A DNA stretch of 64,000 nucleotides from contig DATJGJ010000010.1 of the NCBI GenBank assembly GCA_035495115.1, positions 2,407-66,406 of the forward strand, given 5' to 3'. Positions 58,425 through 64,000 of this stretch are shown one piece after another; position 1 is the first letter of the stretch, and every line of letters starts with the position of its first letter. This stretch comes from Minisyncoccota bacterium (lineage in GTDB: Bacteria > Patescibacteriota > Minisyncoccia > Phycocordibacterales > PALSA-1337). The notes beneath the pieces are model-generated. The model was not told where the DNA came from. It did not search any database and was given only the letters and a program-made list of their open reading frames with translations. The position numbers and the translations under genes are program-made.

Positions 58425-58448
58425 GAAACCGCCTTGTGCGGTTTTTTG
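58425..58448 (+). terminator. Rho-independent terminator after tmRNA
   Basis: aaccgc-cttgt-gcggtt stem followed by T6. Confidence 0.5.
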
Positions 58449-58580
58449 TTTGAGGGGGAGTGAGCAAAGTGCCTACGCACTTTGCGTGGCGGAATCGAAA
58501 AGGCTCTCCCATATTTTCGATCCTTCGAAGCTTTAGCGCAGAAGGGGAGAAAATGGGAAGCCTGTACTGAAGCTGTAAGC

Positions 58581-58602
58581 TTCGATTCCGCCCATCTCCA
58601 CC
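58581..58602 (+). repeat. Exact 22-nt direct repeat of the tmRNA 3' end (att-like scar)
   Basis: TTCGATTCCGCCCATCTCCACC occurs at 58396-58417 and again at 58581-58602. Only the second copy is followed by A, giving CCA. Confidence 0.6.
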
Positions 58603-58706
58603 ATATTGACTTTTACAAAATAATATGCTATTATGTGCAATAGCAGTTTTTGAGGTATTCCTGCCTAACCACAGGACGAGAGGTGTGAGGCCTCATTTGA
58701 GAACTT

Positions 58707-58994
58707 ATGAAAATCCAAAAGAATGCTATTGGTGGACTTCAAGTTAAAAATGTCCATACGGACGTATTCAAAGCGATCTTGAAAGACCTGAATTCGAATC
58801 TACCGGATAGTCGTGGCAGCTGGGTTTTACCTTTTACTCAAGGTCACGCCATCCGAGACGATGACGATGGAGAAGGGTTCTTGGTTCTTTTCCCAAAATT
58901 TATTGACAACACCAAGACCCGACAGATGATTGAAAAAGCGCTTGGTATTAAATTAAAAAAATACAAAGTGATCACGATTTGGGACGAGCGCTGA
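58707..58994 (+). CDS. Hypothetical protein
   Basis: 95-aa ORF just downstream of the tmRNA 3'-end duplicate. No recognisable domain. Confidence 0.3.
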   Translation: MKIQKNAIGGLQVKNVHTDVFKAILKDLNSNLPDSRGSWVLPFTQGHAIRDDDDGEGFLVLFPKFIDNTKTRQMIEKALGIKLKKYKVITIWDER

Positions 58995-59072
58995 GGATCC
59001 CATAGAGTTAATTGTTCTGTATCATTGAACAATCATAAGCCCGTGGTAAAACCAGCGGGCTTTTTGTATAAA

Positions 59073-59696
59073 CTATTTTCTCACAAGCTCGATAATTTTG
59101 ACTAAAATAATCGCTCCAACCTGTATGACTATTCCTACAAGTATCAGTTGCAAAGCAATGGTAAGAAGGTTCGACAGGGGAGCGATATCGATAAATAAAA
59201 ATATGATAAGTGCCGGCCACATGTTTTTGATGTCTTGCCAGGAAGGACTGAGCATAGCACCAACATTGATGAATAAAAGAATGAGGACCCATGTCTGCCA
59301 GTGAAGGAGATTGATCTGGAAAATCAGACTGAGTAGGCTATTATATATATTTTCCAATACGACCGAATGTATTGCGAACTGACTATGTAAAACATATGAA
59401 TTTACAAGATATAAAAATATTAGGCCACCAAAAAGTGGCGCCAATGATATGAGCATGTTGCCGACAAGAGGGATTTTTGGTTTGCCGTAAACGACGCGAG
59501 GCTGCTCAGAGAATACTTTAAATTCATGTATGTGCGAACCGAGCACGACAGCAACCAATGCATGCGAGCTTTCGTGGATAAGCGCTCCTATATAGTACAA
59601 ATAGCGCGTAATATTTGAGTTGAGAAACTTCCAGTTGAGCCAGTTACTAAAGTAGGCGACTGCGATTACGATGAGGAGGATAAAGCCGGTAGTCAT
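59073..59696 (-). CDS. Polytopic membrane protein with an HExxH motif in a TM helix (putative intramembrane metalloprotease)
   Basis: About 6 TM helices. The motif is IGALIHESSHALVAVVLG. No LDG motif is present, so the family is uncertain. Confidence 0.4.
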   Translation of the reverse strand: MTTGFILLIVIAVAYFSNWLNWKFLNSNITRYLYYIGALIHESSHALVAVVLGSHIHEFKVFSEQPRVVYGKPKIPLVGNMLISLAPLFGGLIFLYLVNSYVLHSQFAIHSVVLENIYNSLLSLIFQINLLHWQTWVLILLFINVGAMLSPSWQDIKNMWPALIIFLFIDIAPLSNLLTIALQLILVGIVIQVGAIILVKIIELVRK

Positions 59697-59827
59697 TTGA
59701 TATAGGATAGCATTTTTATCCGAAGAGAAGTGTTGTTGACGGTATAAGAATAGTATGGTAATTTTTATTCTGAATCGTTGGAAACAGTTTCAATAAAAAA
59801 CAAATAACATATTACCTGGAGGAAAAA

Positions 59828-60268
59828 ATGATCATTGATACGACATCGTTTGCTGTCGGGTGCGCAACTCCCATTGTTTTGGGTGCTGCTGTTTATCTCG
59901 TTGGCAACAGGCTTCGTCATAAGTGCAAGACAGATGGGTGCGGATGCGGAACGGTGACCTATTATCGGTTGCTTCATCTGCACAATGTCCCCATGACTAA
60001 GAGCGGTTACAAAGTATATGCGGTTTACAAATTTCGTTCATGTAGCCGAGGCCATGTCTCGGTGTCCATGAAAACCAAAATGTTCTCGAACAGTCAGATT
60101 TGTTTGAAACCGGAAGCTGAGTTCGACTGGACGTCAGAAGTTGTCGAGCGCCTGTGCACCAAGGCAGGAATAAAAAATCCGGGAACTGATTTCATGGTTG
60201 ATCAATTCAGCAGCCCGAATGCAACCCCTCGGATACCTGTCATTGCATCGCACCATAGTCGGAAGTAA
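59828..60268 (+). CDS. Cys-rich hypothetical protein (uncertain gene)
   Basis: 146-aa ORF with CKTDGCGCG. A weak terminator follows. Confidence 0.25.
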   Translation: MIIDTTSFAVGCATPIVLGAAVYLVGNRLRHKCKTDGCGCGTVTYYRLLHLHNVPMTKSGYKVYAVYKFRSCSRGHVSVSMKTKMFSNSQICLKPEAEFDWTSEVVERLCTKAGIKNPGTDFMVDQFSSPNATPRIPVIASHHSRK

Positions 60269-60459
60269 TCGTGTTATTCTCACCAGCCACTCCTTTATTG
60301 GGGTGGCTTTTTGATTTAGTGAAATTATGTAAGCAAGCTTCCATAAATCCTCACTTGAGGCTATATTCGCAAAAGCTCATATATCGTCTGCGCTCAGACA
60401 TTATTACAACATGTAAACAAGTTGTAATAAGTCTTCACTTGACGCTATAATCAATTCCT

Positions 60460-62382
60460 ATGAATCCCCAAAATAATACGCCCCAAAACGGCCAGAATAC
60501 ACCTCAAAATAAGAAGGGAAAAGGGTTCCCAAAGATGAATTTCTTGAATTCGATCGCTACGGTCATTATCATCTTTTTGATCATTACGACTTTCTACGCG
60601 GAGTTTTCAGGCAAATCGACTTCAGGCACAGCGGTACCGCTTTCAACCTTGGCAAAGGATATCAAGAAAGGTCTGGTAACTTCACTCACTATCCAAGACA
60701 CTGAGGTTGTCGCACAGTACAAAGATAAGACTGTCAAAACAACTCAACGCGAAACGGACGCTTCGCTTACGGATAGTTTGAGTCGCTTTGGTGTGACATC
60801 GGCTGATCTTGGTTCTACGACGATCAGTGTTATTTCTCCATCCGGCTTCTGGTATTGGGTGGGACAACTTGCTCCGTTCATCGTTCCTCTGCTTTTCCTT
60901 GCACTTTTCATCTGGATGCTCTCGCGTCAGATGCGCGGTGCGGGCATGCAAGCCATGTCGTTCGGTCAGTCAAAGGCGCGCATCACTTTGCCTGATGATA
61001 CGAAGCAGAAGGTCACATTCAAGGATGTTGCAGGTGCAAAAGAAGCAAAACAAGAGCTCTCTGAGATTGTCGACTTCCTCAAGAATCCAAAGAAATTCAT
61101 CGACATTGGCGCTGAGATACCGAAGGGAGTGCTCCTCATGGGTGCGCCAGGTACCGGAAAGACCTTGCTCGCTCGCGCAGTAGCGGGTGAAGCAGGCGTT
61201 GCATTCTTTTCTATCTCTGGCTCAGAGTTCGTCGAAATGTTCGTTGGTGTCGGTGCATCACGCGTACGCGATCTCTTTCACATGGCAAAGCAAGCTGCTC
61301 CTGCTATCGTATTCGTCGATGAGATTGATGCTGTCGGTCGTGCTCGTGGTTCAGGCACTGGTGGCGGCAATGATGAGCGCGAACAGACATTGAACCAGAT
61401 CCTCGTAGAGATGGATGGTTTCGAGCAAAATCAAAAAGTCATCGTTATGGCTGCGACCAACCGTCCTGATGTGCTCGATCCAGCGCTCCTCCGTCCTGGC
61501 CGTTTTGACCGTCGCGTCACTATCGACCTTCCTGATCGCAGCGATCGCGAGGCTATCCTCACTGTTCACTCAAAGAAAAAGCAGTTCGCAGAAGACGTCA
61601 ACCTCAAAGTGGTCGCTGAACGTACACCTGGTTTCTCCGGCGCAGATCTTGCAAGTCTCATGAACGAAGCAGCTATCCTCGCTGCACGCGAAGACCGAAA
61701 GACGATTGGTCAGTTTGATCTCATCCGCTCTATTGAAAAGGTTATGCTCGGCCCAGAGCGCAAGAGCCACGTCCTCTCGCCAAAAGAAAAAGAGATCACG
61801 GCCTATCATGAAGCAGGTCACGCTATCGTCGCATCTGTTCTCCCGCACGCTGATCCAGTCCACAAGATCTCTATTATCTCTCGTGGCCGTGCTGCAGGAT
61901 ATACATTGAAATTACCGTTCGAAGAGCGCAAGCTCCAGTCGCGCAATGAATTCCTCGATGATATCGCTATGTCTCTCGGTGGATACGTGGCTGAGAAAAT
62001 GGTCTTTGGTGATATCACCACAGGCGCATCGAATGACCTTCAAGTCTCGACGGCCCTCGCGCGCGATATGGTCACTCGCTACGGTATGTCTGATAAGATC
62101 GGCCCTATCGCTCTTGAAAGCGCTCAGGGCAGAACACTCTTTGGCATGGGCGTCTCAGATCGTGAGTACTCAGAAACAGTAGCCGCTCTCATTGATGCTG
62201 AAGTATCAAAGATTATGACCGAAGCTCGTGAGCGCGCGATTGCTACTCTTGCTGAGCACAAGAAGGCATTTGAAGCAGTCTCGAAGCGCCTCGTAGAAGC
62301 TGAGACCATCGAACGCGAAGAGTATGAAAAGATAATCATCGCCAATGGTATTCCATTGAAAAGAGAGGCGAAGGTTGTGTAG
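60460..62382 (+). CDS. ftsH: ATP-dependent zinc metalloprotease FtsH
   Basis: TM anchor, AAA+ Walker [22 protein letters not shown], and HEAGHAIV zinc site. Confidence 0.95.
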   Translation: MNPQNNTPQNGQNTPQNKKGKGFPKMNFLNSIATVIIIFLIITTFYAEFSGKSTSGTAVPLSTLAKDIKKGLVTSLTIQDTEVVAQYKDKTVKTTQRETDASLTDSLSRFGVTSADLGSTTISVISPSGFWYWVGQLAPFIVPLLFLALFIWMLSRQMRGAGMQAMSFGQSKARITLPDDTKQKVTFKDVAGAKEAKQELSEIVDFLKNPKKFIDIGAEIPKGVLLMGAPGTGKTLLARAVAGEAGVAFFSISGSEFVEMFVGVGASRVRDLFHMAKQAAPAIVFVDEIDAVGRARGSGTGGGNDEREQTLNQILVEMDGFEQNQKVIVMAATNRPDVLDPALLRPGRFDRRVTIDLPDRSDREAILTVHSKKKQFAEDVNLKVVAERTPGFSGADLASLMNEAAILAAREDRKTIGQFDLIRSIEKVMLGPERKSHVLSPKEKEITAYHEAGHAIVASVLPHADPVHKISIISRGRAAGYTLKLPFEERKLQSRNEFLDDIAMSLGGYVAEKMVFGDITTGASNDLQVSTALARDMVTRYGMSDKIGPIALESAQGRTLFGMGVSDREYSETVAALIDAEVSKIMTEARERAIATLAEHKKAFEAVSKRLVEAETIEREEYEKIIIANGIPLKREAKVV

Positions 62383-62392
62383 GCTTTGACAG

Positions 62393-62419
62393 AAAACCGC
62401 CACCATAGTGGCGGTTTTT
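62393..62419 (+). terminator. Rho-independent terminator after ftsH
   Basis: aaccgccac-cata-gtggcggtt stem followed by T5. Confidence 0.55.
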
Positions 62420-62483
62420 CTTACCTTGACTCTTTTGACTGATAGAGTAGGATTTTACTAAACAATTAACAGAAAGGATCTTT

Positions 62484-62870
62484 GTGAGAATTCCATATTT
62501 CTTCGCTTGTTGTAAAGAGATGGTAAGGTTGCGCTGGATGTGCCTTTTGTCACCATCGGGTGAACTGCATGTTCTCTTGAGAACTGAGCTTATAGATGAA
62601 GATATACCAGAGTTTTCCCAGCCACTATTTTCTGTGGCAAGAGACGTGGTCGGTTTTCATCCAAATAAAGAAAAAGATTTTCTGAAGGCGGCCCAATTAC
62701 TTGGGTTACCGAATGAATTTGCAACACTTGTATATGTTGCCTCGTTAAGAAGTGATAATTTATCAGGTAAAACGCTTGCTGTTAGAGAAGAATTGGTGGA
62801 GTGTTTGAGGCCGCGGAAGCTTTTCGAACCACCACCTAATTCTTTACGCGCACCGGTCATTTCAGTATAA
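62484..62870 (+). CDS. Hypothetical protein (uncertain)
   Basis: 128-aa ORF. No motif recognised. Confidence 0.25.
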   Translation: MRIPYFFACCKEMVRLRWMCLLSPSGELHVLLRTELIDEDIPEFSQPLFSVARDVVGFHPNKEKDFLKAAQLLGLPNEFATLVYVASLRSDNLSGKTLAVREELVECLRPRKLFEPPPNSLRAPVISV

Positions 62871-62970
62871 TTATTTCAATAAAGAGTTCTAGGTTTTCCT
62901 AGGCTCTTTTTTAGTTCTTCTGACAGTTGTTTCTCTGGTGAGTTTACATTATGATGATTGAATCGATAAA

Positions 62971-63044
62971 CCGCCCTTAGCTCAGTTGGTTAGAGCACAG
63001 AGCTTATACCTCTGGGGTCCTTGGTTCGAATCCAAGAGGGCGGA
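62971..63044 (+). tRNA. tRNA-Ile with anticodon UAU (decodes AUA). CCA is not encoded.
   Basis: Manual cloverleaf: acceptor CCGCCCT/AGGGCGG, D-arm GCTC-AGTTGGTTA-GAGC, anticodon stem CAGAG/CTCTG with loop CT-TAT-AC, T-arm CTTGG-TTCGAAT-CCAAG, and discriminator A. Confidence 0.75.
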
Positions 63045-63054
63045 CAAGAAATAG

Positions 63055-64000
63055 TTACTCAAAATGCGTCTCGATCTTCTTTGAAGCAACCTCTTTTTTA
63101 AGCTCAGGATATTTCGATAGAGTGATATCTTCGATGATGAGCCGTCCCGCTTCTTCGCGAGCAGCTTCAACCATCTTGAGATTTTTGAGAGCTTCCATTG
63201 CTATGTCAGAGACGCCCCACTGGCGCATGCCAGAAAGCTCGCCGGCACCGCGAGCCATGAGGTCGAGTTCGGCCAGCTCAAATCCATTCTTTGCATTCTG
63301 GAGCGCCTTGAGGCGAGTAATGGATTTTTCGCTAGTCGTTTCGGTAAATACATAACAGTACGCTTGATGGCTGCTGCGCATGACGCGGCCGCGGAGCTGA
63401 TGAAGCTGAGAGAGACCAAATCGTTCTGCGCCTTCGATGAGGATGACAGTAGCGTTCGGCACATTGACGCCGACTTCGACGACTGAGGTGGCGCAGAGGA
63501 TGGTGATCTCGCCGCGCTTGAACTGGCCCATGACGCGGTCTTTTTCTTGAGGTGACATTTTGCTATGCATAATGCCAATCTCATATTCAGGAAAGATTTT
63601 TGCTTTGAGGCGCTTCGCTTCTTCTTTGACTGACTTAGCGTTGAGTGCTTGCTCCTTGTCTGGATCTGGTTCGTCAATACGCGGACAGATGACATAGGCT
63701 TGTCTACCTGATTGGAGCTCGGCGCGCATTTTTTCATATACTGCTTCACGGCCGTTCGGCAGGACGAGCTCAGTAATGATTGGCATACGTCCGACAGGTG
63801 ACTGATCGAGAAGAGTGAGGTCGAGGTCGCCGTACATAGTGAGAGCGAGCGTGCGCGGTATCGGCGTTGCGGTCATAGAGAGGAGGTGCGGAGCGATGGT
63901 GTCTTTACGGATGAGCTTGGCACGCTGAGCGGTGCCAAAACGGTGCTGCTCATCGATGATAGCTAAGCCGAGGCTCTTGAACTTCACCGACTTTTGGATG
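63055..64000 (-). CDS. recG: ATP-dependent DNA helicase RecG, C-terminal part. The 5' end of the gene lies beyond the window.
   Basis: GLAIIDEQHRFG (DEQH), SMTATPIPRT, and helicase C-terminal motifs (QLRGRVMRS). Confidence 0.85.
   Translation of the reverse strand, partial: IQKSVKFKSLGLAIIDEQHRFGTAQRAKLIRKDTIAPHLLSMTATPIPRTLALTMYGDLDLTLLDQSPVGRMPIITELVLPNGREAVYEKMRAELQSGRQAYVICPRIDEPDPDKEQALNAKSVKEEAKRLKAKIFPEYEIGIMHSKMSPQEKDRVMGQFKRGEITILCATSVVEVGVNVPNATVILIEGAERFGLSQLHQLRGRVMRSSHQAYCYVFTETTSEKSITRLKALQNAKNGFELAELDLMARGAGELSGMRQWGVSDIAMEALKNLKMVEAAREEAGRLIIEDITLSKYPELKKEVASKKIETHFE

Noticed and set aside
58396-58603. Possibility of a two-piece (permuted) tmRNA or a second tRNA-like gene at the 3'-end duplicate
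   Set aside because: The upstream gene is a normal one-piece tmRNA with both acceptor halves. The downstream copy conserves only the 22-nt T-loop/acceptor 3' half and lacks the 5' half of the T-stem. It is therefore better explained as an att-type direct repeat.
59765-59983. 72-aa minus-strand ORF overlapping the start of the Cys-rich ORF at 59828
   Set aside because: It is short and overlaps an equally weak plus-strand ORF. Neither is confidently coding, and only the longer plus-strand ORF is listed, at low confidence.
1-64000. Search for CRISPR arrays, IS elements, transposases and integrases
   Set aside because: No regularly spaced direct repeats and no ORF with transposase or integrase motifs (DDE, tyrosine recombinase R-H-R-Y) were seen. 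The insertions and att-like repeat therefore lack an identifiable mobilisation gene within the window.

Overview
This 64 kb window is a low-GC (~43%) bacterial chromosome segment with the hallmarks of a Candidate Phyla Radiation / Patescibacteria (Saccharibacteria-like) genome. Several ribosomal proteins carry Lys/Ala-rich N- or C-terminal extensions, rpmD (L30) is absent between rpsE and rplO, S14 is the Zn-ribbon Z-type, and the gene complement looks reduced.

Gene content, in order along the window:
- RNase Y 5' end, clpP, rsmE, tig, ppa, nusA.
- A type IV pilus module: pilB, pilC, a PilX-like protein and three prepilins.
- tpiA and pgk, a HIT protein, then a DNA-processing run of recJ, RNase HI fused to a C-terminal hybrid-binding domain, and a ComEC split into two ORFs with a degenerate MBL domain.
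- The str operon (rpsL-rpsG-fusA-tuf), interrupted by secreted or surface-protein genes.
- The S10/spc ribosomal superoperon through secY-adk-map. It is cut into three transcription units by two insertions. One is a higher-GC (~55%) island carrying a class I aminotransferase and a LysA-like PLP decarboxylase between rplB and rpsS. The other carries a Pif1-like helicase and a Pro-rich membrane protein between rplE and rpsZ.
- Downstream: ndk, a beta-CASP RNase, the infC-rpmI-rplT operon, cls, smpB, tmRNA, a small hypothetical-gene region, ftsH, a tRNA-Ile with anticodon UAU, and recG (partial).

The tmRNA is followed 165 bp later by an exact 22-nt copy of its 3' end, which looks like an integration scar.

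Non-genic observations:
- A duplicated promoter module containing a perfect DnaA-box 9-mer.
- A repeated AT-rich intergenic element found after both clpP and map.
- A 24-bp hairpin between rpmI and rplT.
- Leaderless-mRNA candidates for clpP and ftsH.

No CRISPR array, transposase or integrase gene was seen.
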